Of a stretch of DNA of 64,000 nucleotides, positions 49,774-59,334 are shown piece after piece. The notes under the pieces are model-generated. The model saw nothing but the letters and a program-made list of their open reading frames with translations, searched no databases and was not told the DNA's origin. The translations under genes and the position numbers were made by a program. Every line of letters starts with the position of its first letter. Positions within the stretch are counted from its first letter, which is position 1. This stretch comes from an uncultured Myxococcales bacterium (GTDB lineage: Bacteria > Myxococcota_A > UBA9042 > CAIXZC01), in the NCBI GenBank assembly GCA_964593355.1, contig CAZQHM010000002.1, forward strand, positions 99,747 through 163,746, given 5' to 3'.

Positions 49774-50826
49774 TTATAGCCCAAGTACCTCCGCCACAAC
49801 CCCCCTTGCTACCCTGGCCTCTGTCGTGCCTATTACTAGAACTCTCCCATTGCCGAATACTATCAACTCCAAATTGGCCACCTTCACCCGGACTACCGGC
49901 CCCACAACGCTGCATTCATAAACCGTCCCCAAACGCTCCGCCAACTCTTCCACATTAACCTCAACAGCAATGGCTGGTGTTATTTGCACAGTATTGCTTC
50001 CACAAATAGATACTATTTCGGATGTGCTCTTGTCGTTTAGATAATCGAATTCGCGTAGCCCACAGCACCGACACCCCTTCTCCCTCTTCACCACCATCCT
50101 CCGGAACCCCATGGGCCCCACATCCATGCTCCATAACTCAGCGGCCCCATCGGCCACCCCCCCGGAGGCCCCCCCGCTTTCGCTCCCCAACCACATAAGC
50201 GCCGTGGATGCCTGTACCGACGCCACCAAACCCACCGCCGGCCCCAGCACACCTACCTGATCGCACGTGTGCATGTTCGGACCCGCCGGCACCTCCGGGA
50301 TCAAACACCGGAAGCAGGGCCCTTCACCAGGCCTCACCAGCATTGCCATCCCACTGGTTCCTACTACGCCGCCATACATCCATGGAATACTGTTCTTGAC
50401 ACAAGCGTCATTTATTATGAGTCGAGTTTCGAAATTATCCGTACCATCCAAGACCATATTTGAGTCTTTTATTATTGACTCAATGTTTCTTGATGTTATA
50501 TCGTCTACCATGGCAACAATATCTATCTCGCTGTTGATGACCCGCAGACGAATCCTCGCCGCCTCCGCTTTGGGTATCCCCAGCCTCACATCCTCCTCGG
50601 TGAACTGAATCTGCCGGTGCAGATTCACCAGCGAAGGCACGTCTCTATCCACCAGCACAACCCGTCCAACCCCCGCCCGAACCATGTACTCGGCCAGAAA
50701 TCCCCCCAGCGCCCCAACCCCGGCTATCACTACCGAAGAGGATGAGATCCTCTCCTGCCCCTCCCTTCCGATGGCTGACAACCTCACTTGCCTTGCATAA
50801 CGCTCCAATACTCCCAATTCCACCAT
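49774..50826 (-). CDS. ThiF/MoeB/HesA family E1-like adenylyltransferase with a C-terminal ~90-aa extension
   Basis: VVIAGVGALGGFLAEYMVRAGVGRVVLVDRD nucleotide-binding segment. CFRC...CRCCG zinc motifs. Confidence 0.75.
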   Translation of the reverse strand: MVELGVLERYARQVRLSAIGREGQERISSSSVVIAGVGALGGFLAEYMVRAGVGRVVLVDRDVPSLVNLHRQIQFTEEDVRLGIPKAEAARIRLRVINSEIDIVAMVDDITSRNIESIIKDSNMVLDGTDNFETRLIINDACVKNSIPWMYGGVVGTSGMAMLVRPGEGPCFRCLIPEVPAGPNMHTCDQVGVLGPAVGLVASVQASTALMWLGSESGGASGGVADGAAELWSMDVGPMGFRRMVVKREKGCRCCGLREFDYLNDKSTSEIVSICGSNTVQITPAIAVEVNVEELAERLGTVYECSVVGPVVRVKVANLELIVFGNGRVLVIGTTEARVARGVVAEVLGL

Positions 50827-50850
50827 CGCTCTTCCCCCACAGAAGGTTCC

Positions 50851-51963
50851 TCAGACCTGTTGCCCAGCCGTTGAGCGCGTGGCCGTAATGGTGCCGGCCC
50901 CAAAGACATCGTCGCCTACATAACAGACCGCCAACTGCCCCGCCGATACCCCCGCCACCGGCTCTTCAAACCGAATAGAGACCCTACCCTCTGCTAACGG
51001 CGAGACCAGAGCAGGAACAGCTCTCTGCCGATACCTCGTCTGCACAAGACACTCCACCGACCCTACCGGAGGCTCCGTCGCCCAGGCACCATCCGCCGTG
51101 GTCTCTATCTCCCTTACCAAGAGATCCTCTGGGTCGTCGGAGACCAGAACCACGCCACTCACAGGATCAACCGAGACCACATACAGAGGCCTGGGATAGA
51201 CCAGCCTCAGACCCTTGCGCTGACCCGTGGTGAACATCCTCGCATCTTTGTGCTCTCCAAGCACGGCGCCATCCACATGCACAATGGGCCCCGGAACCGC
51301 CACCCCTCGGAAGTGCTCTCGAAGATACTCTGGAAAACTGCCCCCCTGAGGCACGAAACAGGCGTCCTGACTATCCTTCCGTGTGGCACTGCTCAGCCCC
51401 ATCATCGCTGCTTTTTCCCTGACCTGAACCTTGTGCAATGACCCCAGAGGCATCAGCAACCTGGACAGAACATCCTTGCCCAGAGTGGCCAGGAAGTACG
51501 ACTGATCCTTGCCTCGGTCCACCCCACGCCGTAACACCGGCACCGACCCCTGCACTATGGTGGCATAGTGACCCGAGACGACACCCCATGCACCGATTCC
51601 TTCGGCCCACTCCAACAACTTCCCGAATTTCATCCGCTTGTTGCACACTACACATGGGTTGGGCGTCCTGCCGGCCTCGTATTCCCGCCAACTACCAGCC
51701 AAAACCTCCCGCTCAAACTCCTCGGACACATCCAGTACGTAATGCCTTATCCCCAGCCCCCCACACACCGACCTGGCAACGGCCACGGCGTCGGGACCGC
51801 AACAGGTGCGTCCCTCGAATTCCTCATGGCACGGCCTCAACTGCAACGTCACACCCACAACCTCAAACCCCTGCTCCAGCGCCAGAGCCGCTGCTACCGA
51901 CGAATCCACCCCGCCGCTCACCGCTGCTACCACCAAACGCCCTTTCTCCATATTCTGCTCCAC
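50851..51963 (-). CDS. mnmA: tRNA-specific 2-thiouridylase
   Basis: PP-loop VAAVSGGVDSSVAA, catalytic Cys region and C-terminal beta-barrel domain. Confidence 0.85.
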   Translation of the reverse strand: MEQNMEKGRLVVAAVSGGVDSSVAAALALEQGFEVVGVTLQLRPCHEEFEGRTCCGPDAVAVARSVCGGLGIRHYVLDVSEEFEREVLAGSWREYEAGRTPNPCVVCNKRMKFGKLLEWAEGIGAWGVVSGHYATIVQGSVPVLRRGVDRGKDQSYFLATLGKDVLSRLLMPLGSLHKVQVREKAAMMGLSSATRKDSQDACFVPQGGSFPEYLREHFRGVAVPGPIVHVDGAVLGEHKDARMFTTGQRKGLRLVYPRPLYVVSVDPVSGVVLVSDDPEDLLVREIETTADGAWATEPPVGSVECLVQTRYRQRAVPALVSPLAEGRVSIRFEEPVAGVSAGQLAVCYVGDDVFGAGTITATRSTAGQQV

Positions 51964-52133
51964 GATATGGTGGCCCCTAAACCAGTGACCTTCATTCTCG
52001 CCCCTACCCCTCGACTCGGCAAGAGCCTCGCTCCCCTCGAAGGGCCTGAGGGGCCCCTCGGGTCCGTCGAAGGCGGGGCAAACGGCTGGGGGGGCGGATC
52101 GAGATATCTGGCCAGCCGTTTAGAGGCCCTCCT

Positions 52134-53387
52134 TCACTTCCGTAGGCCCATCCCCCCAGCCCGAATCTGCTCCACCGCACGACAAATAGCCCCTACCGCA
52201 TAGTCAATCTCCTCCTCGGTATTCTCGTGGCTCAAAGAGACCCGTATGGACTCCCGAGCCTCCTCCTGGCTGCGCCCCGCTGCCATTAGAACCCTCGATG
52301 GCTCGTCGCTCTGGCTAGCACAAGCAGACCCAGTGGAGACCGCTACCCCCTCTATGTCCAGAAGAATCATGAGCATCTGACCGCTCACCCCACTGAAACT
52401 GAGGTTGCTGGTGTTGGGCAGCCGAGTGGCCTCGCTGCCGTTGACCCGAAGGCCATCAACCATAACGCTCAGTCTCTCCTCCAAGGTGTCCCGCAGCTTC
52501 GCTACATACAGCGCACGCTCCACCATCTTCTCGCTGGCCTCCTCAGCCGCTCTCGCCATCCCCGCTATCCCCGCTACGTTCTCCGTCCCCGCCCTCTGCC
52601 CACGCTCCTGCTTGCCCCCCAGGAGCAGAGCCGGCAACTTCACGCCACGTCGTTTCAACAGCAGACCCACTCCCCGAGGACCGTGAAACTTGTGCGCCGA
52701 GACCGTCATCAGATCGACCCCCAGAGCACCAAAATCCACGGGCACTTTGCCCACTGCCTGCACCGCATCCACATGCATCAGAACCCCAGCTTCACGAGCT
52801 ATGGCCGCAAGCTCCCTGATAGGCTGGATGACCCCCAGATCGTTGTTCGCCAGCATCACCGAAACCAGATTGGTGATACACGGCTGCTCAGATATCTCCA
52901 TCCCCCCAGCAGCCGTGTACCCTGAGCGAGGCCAAGGCCGAGTCGAAGGGGGGGAGAGATTGGTGAGCGGTGGTCTAGCCCTCAGTACCCCCGATAACGC
53001 CGAAACGTCAACTACTCCACGGGCGTCCACCGGCAACAAACTCACCTCCACTCCCATTCCCTCCAGATGCCTGCAAGTTGAGTAGACCGAGGCGTGCTCT
53101 ATGCCGCTGGTGACTATGTGGCACGCTCCACCGTGAAGCTCCGCAATGCCCCTCAGAACCTGGTTGTTGCTCTCCGTCCCGCTCCCCGTGAAGAAGACCT
53201 CCTCCGCCGATGCACCCAGGAATCGGCCAAGAGCGTACCTCGCCTTGTCCAGTATCCTCCGCCCCTCTGACCCAAAATCGTGGATGCTGGAAGGGTTCCC
53301 CCAACACCGCTCCATGGTCTCCGCTACAACCTGGGTCACCCCACGGGAAGGTCTCGTCGTCGCATTGTTGTCCAGATACACTCTCAT
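52134..53387 (-). CDS. Cysteine desulfurase (NifS/IscS/YrvO-like), carrying a ~35-aa insertion relative to canonical IscS
   Basis: PLP lysine SAHKFHGPRG. Active-site STGSACAS. Start at MRVYLDNNATT. The upstream ORF extension runs into repeat B and is rejected. Confidence 0.8.
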   Translation of the reverse strand: MRVYLDNNATTRPSRGVTQVVAETMERCWGNPSSIHDFGSEGRRILDKARYALGRFLGASAEEVFFTGSGTESNNQVLRGIAELHGGACHIVTSGIEHASVYSTCRHLEGMGVEVSLLPVDARGVVDVSALSGVLRARPPLTNLSPPSTRPWPRSGYTAAGGMEISEQPCITNLVSVMLANNDLGVIQPIRELAAIAREAGVLMHVDAVQAVGKVPVDFGALGVDLMTVSAHKFHGPRGVGLLLKRRGVKLPALLLGGKQERGQRAGTENVAGIAGMARAAEEASEKMVERALYVAKLRDTLEERLSVMVDGLRVNGSEATRLPNTSNLSFSGVSGQMLMILLDIEGVAVSTGSACASQSDEPSRVLMAAGRSQEEARESIRVSLSHENTEEEIDYAVGAICRAVEQIRAGGMGLRK

Positions 53388-53439
53388 GACTTCATTTCCC
53401 ACCAATCCGGTGGGTTTTCTACTATTGTCCGAGCCCCGG

Positions 53440-53700
53440 GTCAAGAGGAGCCGTCGCATCCAGGTGCGGATCCGCTGCCGGGGAGAGGGACGTCCAACGA
53501 GCGCCCTTCGTGGCCGTAGTCCCTCCGAAGCGACAGCGAAGGTGGGTTGACGTCGACGTCGACGTCGCCGAACGGTCCAGCAACGTGACTGAGCCCATTT
53601 GCTCCCCGGTTCGGGAACCGAACCTGTCGCATCCAGGCGCGGATCCGCTGCCGGGGAGCTGGACGTCCAAACTCCGGCCTGGGGCCGATTCGCCCCGTCG
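53440..53700. repeat. Structured GC-rich repeat element B: two ~50-nt direct repeats (each holding the palindrome GCGGATCCGC) flank a core with (GACGTC)3 and the hairpin GGTTCGGGAACCGAACC
   Basis: Direct comparison with 54106-54215 in inverted orientation gives ~80% identity over ~110 nt. It also shares a hexamer core with 2290-2600. Confidence 0.7.
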
Positions 53701-53740
53701 GGACAGAAATGGTGTTCGCTGATTCTGGTTGGAAGGCTGG

Positions 53741-54001
53741 TTATTTCTTCTCAAGCTCGCAGGCTGGTTCAACCTTGTAATATTCACAAAGTTTCCTGCA
53801 TTTTTCCTTATCTCCCTTAGTGCAAGCTTCCATACCTATCAACTTCAGTTTGGCACATGCTGCCTCGTCCTTATCCACATCGCATGTCTCAACACATGCT
53901 CCCCACTCGCCCTTATCCAGGCAATCGCCCTTCTTGCTGTTGCATCCAAAACCGAAGCTAATAACCACAAGCAACACCACTACACCAAATCCTCTCTTCA
54001 T
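53741..54001 (-). CDS. Small Cys/Lys/Glu-rich lipoprotein (86 aa; 10 Cys), encoded in a low-GC island flanked by inverted repeats
   Basis: AGGAGG RBS. Signal MKRGFGVVVLLVVISFGFGC. The mature 66-aa peptide has nine Cys. Local GC is roughly 43% against ~60% for the window. Confidence 0.6.
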   Translation of the reverse strand: MKRGFGVVVLLVVISFGFGCNSKKGDCLDKGEWGACVETCDVDKDEAACAKLKLIGMEACTKGDKEKCRKLCEYYKVEPACELEKK

Positions 54002-54059
54002 GTCCCTTCCTCCTGATAGGTGTCCATTGGCCAGACTGCCAGCCCGGTGCCCATTATCT

Positions 54060-54260
54060 ACTACGCTTCCCCATGGAAGGCAACGGGCTTGACGCCCGCG
54101 GGTGCGGATCCCAAACCGGGGAGCAAATGGACTCTGTCACGCTGGTACACGGTTCGGCGACGGCGACGGCGACGTCAACCCGCCTTTGGCGGGGCTACGG
54201 CCACGAAATGCACCCGGCTGACGTAGCGGTCCCCGGCAACGTAACCGCACCCACGCCCCG
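54060..54260. repeat. Repeat element C: inverted copy of the core of element B, with (GGCGAC)3 in place of (GACGTC)3
   Basis: The reverse complement of 54106-54215 aligns to 53497-53612: ttcgtggccgtag...gggttgacgtcgccgtcgccgtcgccgaac...agtccatttgctccccgg. Confidence 0.7.
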
Positions 54261-54327
54261 CGGCATCAGATAGTCCCGGCTCATCAGGCAATTATGGGAT
54301 CTCAAAGATAATAAAGCGTTAATACGG

Positions 54328-55827
54328 CTACTTACAGACAACTGCAGTATAGACCGCCCGGTCCTCGGTCCCTGGCCAATATCCGGCCCCCGGCGACGAA
54401 GCCCAAAATGCCGAGGAACCACCTCCATCCAAGTTCAGAGCCTCCACACACCCCTGCGATATCATGTAGTCCGCCAGCTCCGGCAAAGTGAATCCTCTTG
54501 CCTTAACTGTATCGTTTTGCGCTGCTAAAACCATAATACTTCCGTCGTCTAATATGCATATGGCACTCCTGGGCAGTGGAGAGCTGGGGCTTATGCCCGA
54601 GGTTCCGAAGTCTTCTAACTCATACTGCTGCCAAAATACGTTCTGCCCCCCGGAAACCAGGATGGGACCAGCACAGACCACGTCCGAAGCCTCGGGAAAC
54701 AACCCCGGACCCCACGTCCCTCCTCCCAGGAAATTCCTGCCCATAGAGACCCCTATCCCCGCTGTCCGCTCCTCCTTGTCGTACCACAGACAGCCCCTCG
54801 GCCCCTTCACATTCCCCGATGGACTCTCATAGCCCAACTGCCCCTTCGCATAAGAGACCGGCCCCTGGCCCGACGCAAAATAGCCGCCGTTCACCGCCCC
54901 CCTCGCCCCAACCACCGGCAATGCCATGTTCTGGACAGTCTTGGCCGACCCGCTCCCCGTAACTACCAAATCATGCTCCAGGTCCGCCGTGGGAAACCGC
55001 ACCCTCCTGACGGTGAACCCGTTCCCGTTCGAGTCCGTCTTGCTCTGACTGTCAACAAGAAAGGCCCCCTGGATAGTTATCTTGACCTCCGACGTTGCCT
55101 CGCACCCAGACTCCCCAACCACCTTGACGGAGATGGTTCTTTCAATACCAGGAGTATTAAAAACATATTGATAGTCATACGATGATGTAGAAACTTGTTT
55201 GCTACCCAAGACGTACAGTTCGTCTGCTGTAAAAGTCAGCTTTCCTGGCACGCAATTAGAACTTCCATAGAAACTAATCGCTTTTCCAACAACCCCCTTG
55301 TTGTTGTCTGTCTTAATCGTTACATACGGTTCCTGCGCGGAAAGGTCCTCTTCCCCCGAATCGGGCCAATCAACATCAACCTCCTCCGCTTGATCCCCCG
55401 GTCCAACCAAATCGCCCAAATCCCAAGCCCCGTCCAAGCCATCCCCTGCATCGGCCACCTGGTCCTGACCCCACTGATCCCCATGGCCCAAATCGGCAAG
55501 CTCCTGAAGATCCACCGTCACCAGTTCCCAAGCGTCTACGCTCCCTTGGTCGACACTCCCTTGATCACCAGTCACACCATCCTGTAAGCCCGCCCCGTCC
55601 AACACAACTCTGGCGTCAGAAACCGTGTCGTCCTTGCCCAATCCCCCTTCACCCCAGAAGTCCCATGAGCCGGCATCCGGGAACTTCACCTCGCCCGTGA
55701 CCACATCAGACCCACCACCACCCCCGCACCCCAGAACTGACACGATACACAGCAGCAAGGGATAAGCCCCAAAACAGACTTTGCCCCCTTCAACCGCAGA
55801 ATCCTTTGGCGCTGAAAACCCAGCCAT
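54328..55827 (-). CDS. Secreted phosphodiester glycosidase family protein (DUF2233/NAGPA-like C-domain) with an acidic N-terminal region
   Basis: The C-terminal LNLDGGGSS and GGYF..GQGP segments are typical of the phosphodiester glycosidase family. Signal with lipobox-like LGCGGGGG. Confidence 0.55.
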   Translation of the reverse strand: MAGFSAPKDSAVEGGKVCFGAYPLLLCIVSVLGCGGGGGSDVVTGEVKFPDAGSWDFWGEGGLGKDDTVSDARVVLDGAGLQDGVTGDQGSVDQGSVDAWELVTVDLQELADLGHGDQWGQDQVADAGDGLDGAWDLGDLVGPGDQAEEVDVDWPDSGEEDLSAQEPYVTIKTDNNKGVVGKAISFYGSSNCVPGKLTFTADELYVLGSKQVSTSSYDYQYVFNTPGIERTISVKVVGESGCEATSEVKITIQGAFLVDSQSKTDSNGNGFTVRRVRFPTADLEHDLVVTGSGSAKTVQNMALPVVGARGAVNGGYFASGQGPVSYAKGQLGYESPSGNVKGPRGCLWYDKEERTAGIGVSMGRNFLGGGTWGPGLFPEASDVVCAGPILVSGGQNVFWQQYELEDFGTSGISPSSPLPRSAICILDDGSIMVLAAQNDTVKARGFTLPELADYMISQGCVEALNLDGGGSSAFWASSPGAGYWPGTEDRAVYTAVVCK

Positions 55828-55898
55828 GGTACCGACCTCACCATCGTTGGCCTAAAAGCCCATACTGGGCCACTTCAGGCCTTTGAGTCAATGGCTTG

Positions 55899-57392
55899 TC
55901 AGCTGCGAAGTCCCAGTACTGAATCAACCCTGTCCCTTATCGACTTCAGCAGCTCGGGCGTGGTGCCCACATCCTTTCCCCAGCTGGGAACCACCTTGCT
56001 CAGATTGGCCCGAAATCCCTTCGTCGCCGCATCACCCGGAAAACACCTGTGTATGATCTCCAGCATCGTCTCCGCTGCCGTCGACGCCCCCGGCGAGGCA
56101 CCCAGCAATGCCGCCAGAGACCCATCCGCTGCCACCACAACCTCGGTCCCGAACTCCAAACGCCCACCCCTCCGGGCATCGCCTTTGATAATCTGAACCC
56201 TCTGCCCAGCCTGAGCCAACTCCCAATCGTCCCCAACCGCCAGAGGATAGTACTCTCTCAGTGCTGCCAGACGCTGATTCTGCGACTGCATAACCTGACC
56301 TATCAAATACCGGGTGAGATCCATGTTATCCCTGGCCACCGCTAGCATTGGTAGTATATTGTGATGTCTTAAAGACATAAACATATCTAAATAACTGCCC
56401 TGTTTCAAATATTTCGTGGTGAATCCTGCGAACGGGCCAAACAACAAAGCGGGCTTGCCGTTCCAGTATCGCGTATCCAAGTGCGGCACAGACATGGGCG
56501 GGGCACCAATGGAGGCCTTGCCATACACCTTCGCACCGTGGCGTTCAACGACCTTGCTGTTCTTACACACAAGCCACTGACCACTCACCGGGAATCCGGC
56601 ATACCCCCTGGCCTCGGGAATCCCTGCCTTCTGCAACAGCGGCAAGGCCCCACCTCCGGCACCCAGAAAAACGAACCCCGCCTGTACATCGAACGGCTCC
56701 CCTGTGCCCAAATCAGTCCCCTGAACCAGCCAACCCCCATCCCCGCTACGGCGAACCGAAGTGACATCGTGCTTCACTTTCACGGCTACACGGCCCGAAC
56801 GGCGCATGGCAGCGAAAAGCTCCCTGGTCAGCATCCCGAAGTCGACATCGGTTCCACGCCTGACCCTGGTTCCAGCGATAAGATCGTCGGGGCCCCTCCC
56901 CTCTATGACCAGCGGCGCCCACTCCAGTAACTCCGCCCTCTCCGTGCTGTACTCCATCGCCTGGAACATCGGATGCTTCGAAAGCGCCTCATGCCTCAGA
57001 TGCAAATAGTCGATGTTGTTGCGCCCCCACACGAAGGCCACGTGCGGTACATTATTAAGAAAGGCCCGAGGATTGGGAATCCGCCCGCTCTCTACCAGAT
57101 GCGCCCAGAACTGCAAGGAGACCTCGAAGGAGGAATTCACCTTCAACGCCTTGCTTATGTCCACCCTTCCAGCAGTGACCTCCGGCGTGTAATTCAGCTC
57201 GCAGTTGCCCGCATGCCCCGTGCCGGCATTGTTCATCGACTGGCTGCTCTCCCAAGCTATCTCGGGCAACCGCTCCAGCACCACTATCCTGATGCCCGGT
57301 ATCAACTCTGAAAGCATCGCACCAAGAGTGGCACTCATTATCCCGCCCCCAACAAGAATCACGTCGCTTCGCTCCACAGAACTGCCTCTCAT
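55899..57392 (-). CDS. mqo: Malate:quinone oxidoreductase
   Basis: DVILVGGGIMSATLGAMLSEL FAD-binding N-terminus. About 500 aa with MQO-like conservation throughout. GGGGGA RBS. Confidence 0.85.
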   Translation of the reverse strand: MRGSSVERSDVILVGGGIMSATLGAMLSELIPGIRIVVLERLPEIAWESSQSMNNAGTGHAGNCELNYTPEVTAGRVDISKALKVNSSFEVSLQFWAHLVESGRIPNPRAFLNNVPHVAFVWGRNNIDYLHLRHEALSKHPMFQAMEYSTERAELLEWAPLVIEGRGPDDLIAGTRVRRGTDVDFGMLTRELFAAMRRSGRVAVKVKHDVTSVRRSGDGGWLVQGTDLGTGEPFDVQAGFVFLGAGGGALPLLQKAGIPEARGYAGFPVSGQWLVCKNSKVVERHGAKVYGKASIGAPPMSVPHLDTRYWNGKPALLFGPFAGFTTKYLKQGSYLDMFMSLRHHNILPMLAVARDNMDLTRYLIGQVMQSQNQRLAALREYYPLAVGDDWELAQAGQRVQIIKGDARRGGRLEFGTEVVVAADGSLAALLGASPGASTAAETMLEIIHRCFPGDAATKGFRANLSKVVPSWGKDVGTTPELLKSIRDRVDSVLGLRS

Positions 57393-57610
57393 CGTTCCCC
57401 CTGAATTTGCCGTATCTGCCCAAAACCCCACCAGAAACCTCGGGCGCCACCATCTCATAGCTTGTCTCGCTTCAATATCGGTCTGTCCAGAGGATTTTCA
57501 AGATCCCGATTGGGCCACCGCCAGTCGCCCCCGCAAAAAATCGTGCCGCTCGCTGTCGAAAACTCTTGCCATCCCCAAAACCCTGTGATACAAAGCGCCT
57601 CGTTGTTCTT

Positions 57611-57684
57611 GGGGTGGTAGTTAAGCCGGTTATAACGTCGGCCTGTCACGCCGAAGGCCGCGGGTTCGAATCCCGTCCACCCCG
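57611..57684 (+). tRNA. tRNA-Asp (anticodon GTC); CCA not encoded
   Basis: Cloverleaf folds as follows. Acceptor stem GGGGTGG/CCACCCC. D-arm GTTA/TAAC. Anticodon stem TCGGC/GCCGA with loop CTGTCAC. T-arm GCGGG-TTCGAAT-CCCGT. Discriminator G. Confidence 0.85.
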
Positions 57685-57696
57685 CCTCACCAAGCC

Positions 57697-57735
57697 TGGA
57701 AACCCGTTTCCGGGCTTTCGTGTTTAATCCCCTTG
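57697..57735 (+). terminator. Rho-independent terminator after tRNA-Asp
   Basis: Hairpin GGAAACCCGTTTCC followed by GGGCTTTCGTGTTT (T-rich). Confidence 0.55.
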
Positions 57736-57797
57736 AAAAGCCAACGCCTTATCGACTAACTTCACTTCCGTTGAAACAATGACTTCAAGGAGGTCTC

Positions 57798-58589
57798 ATG
57801 AGAGGGTTTCCCCTGCTGATCCCGCTGCTGGCTCTAATCAGCGGATGCGGTATGTCTGCCTACGACTCCTCGTCCCAGTACTACAAGGGTGCAACTGAAC
57901 ACGCTGTTGCCTCTTCCGCCGATGCCGATGAGTACTTCGCCGGTGGCCTGGAACGTAGGCTGGAGGCCAAGCCCGCCCCCGCAGCGGAACGTGCGGCCCC
58001 CAACAGACCCTCCGATAAGGCGGAGAACCCCGTCGCCGGAGAGAATGCCCAAGCCTTCGCCAGGAAAATCGTCTACACGGCACGCTTCGTCGTCGATGTA
58101 TTCGATATCGAGAAATCCCGGGAGGAGATCGTCGCCTGGACCGAATCCCTGGGCGGATACATGCACTCCCAGCGCGCTGGTACCGTGGTGCTCAAAGTGC
58201 CAGCTGAGAAGTTCCCCGAAGTCCTTACCCAGCTGCGCAAGGCCGGTCGCGTCAATGACGACCTCACTGACATCCGGGCCCAAGACATAACCCAGGAGTT
58301 CTACGACCTGGAACTCCGCCTCAAGACCAGAAAAGAGTACCTCGCCAGCCTCTCTGAACTGCTCAAGCAGGCCGGAAAACTCGAAGAGAAGCTCGCCGTC
58401 CAGCGAGAAGTGGCTAACGTCCTGGCTGACATCGAACAGATGGAGGGAAAACTCCGCGTCATGGTACACATGGTCGCTTTTGCTACCGTTACCGTGGAAT
58501 TCAGACCCGCCTACAAGGGACCAACGCGAACCTTCAAGCTCCCCTGGGATTGGCTGGATCGCCTTGGCGTTGAGTACCTCTTCAACTAG
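57798..58589 (+). CDS. Lipoprotein, DUF4349-like
   Basis: MRGFPLLIPLLALISGCG lipobox. C-terminal coiled-coil-like region and final TM-like segment are reminiscent of DUF4349 proteins. Confidence 0.45.
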   Translation: MRGFPLLIPLLALISGCGMSAYDSSSQYYKGATEHAVASSADADEYFAGGLERRLEAKPAPAAERAAPNRPSDKAENPVAGENAQAFARKIVYTARFVVDVFDIEKSREEIVAWTESLGGYMHSQRAGTVVLKVPAEKFPEVLTQLRKAGRVNDDLTDIRAQDITQEFYDLELRLKTRKEYLASLSELLKQAGKLEEKLAVQREVANVLADIEQMEGKLRVMVHMVAFATVTVEFRPAYKGPTRTFKLPWDWLDRLGVEYLFN

Positions 58590-58680
58590 GAACCATGACC
58601 ACCCTCGACCCGGCCAACTCTGGCCGGAATCCCGGCCGCCGAGGGCTGGTCTTGTTCAAGCGGCCGTGCTGGAGGAAAAC

Positions 58681-59133
58681 ATGAACAGATTTATGCTGCC
58701 ACTTCTTGCAGCTGTTGTGATGCTGGCCTCCTCCTGCGTCTCCGTCAAAGTCCCCGACGGCTACGCCAGGATGAGCTACACCGCCCAATACGACGTCAAA
58801 GCCGTCTCTACAGATGGCAATATATTCACCATGAGGGAGATAACAAATCAGGACGAGAAGAACGGCTCCCTGGACTACTGGGCCACTGCCATGAAGAACC
58901 AGTTCACCCTCTCCCGAGGCTACGAATTCGTCCAGGATGGCGACTTCAAATCCGGAAAGGGCCCCGGGCGTTGGCAACATTACACACATAAGTTCAAGGG
59001 GCTTGAGTATGTATATATAGTGGGAATTGTGGTTGATGACGATGAAATATATGTCATGGAAGCTGGTGGAGAAAAAGACCGCTTCAAGAATCAGGAAGCT
59101 TCTGTCAGAAAATCCTTCGAAACACTGAAGTAG
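58681..59133 (+). CDS. Hypothetical lipoprotein (150 aa)
   Basis: MNRFMLPLLAAVVMLASSCVS. GGAGGAAAAC RBS. The upstream part of the ORF in the track is rejected. Confidence 0.5.
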   Translation: MNRFMLPLLAAVVMLASSCVSVKVPDGYARMSYTAQYDVKAVSTDGNIFTMREITNQDEKNGSLDYWATAMKNQFTLSRGYEFVQDGDFKSGKGPGRWQHYTHKFKGLEYVYIVGIVVDDDEIYVMEAGGEKDRFKNQEASVRKSFETLK

Positions 59134-59334
59134 CCTTCCTGCCCTGACTACCCATCTCAAGCCGCACTCGGGCCCTTCTCACAAGCCCCTCCATCAGACT
59201 TGCATCCTGTCGTTTCTCAGCCTATTCTCCCCCTTCGTGTTGGCGTCCCAGGCCCTTGTGCCGCTCCACGGCTCCTTGGCCCGTGGACTCACCGGCCTGA
59301 GATTTCGTGGCCGCAGAAACGGAAAGGAACCCTC

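Noticed and set aside
59200-59334. Possible TnaC-like leader peptide upstream of the tryptophanase-family gene
   Set aside because: The upstream ATG is in frame with no stop before the main start, so it is an ORF-finder extension and not a separate leader. It has no RBS.
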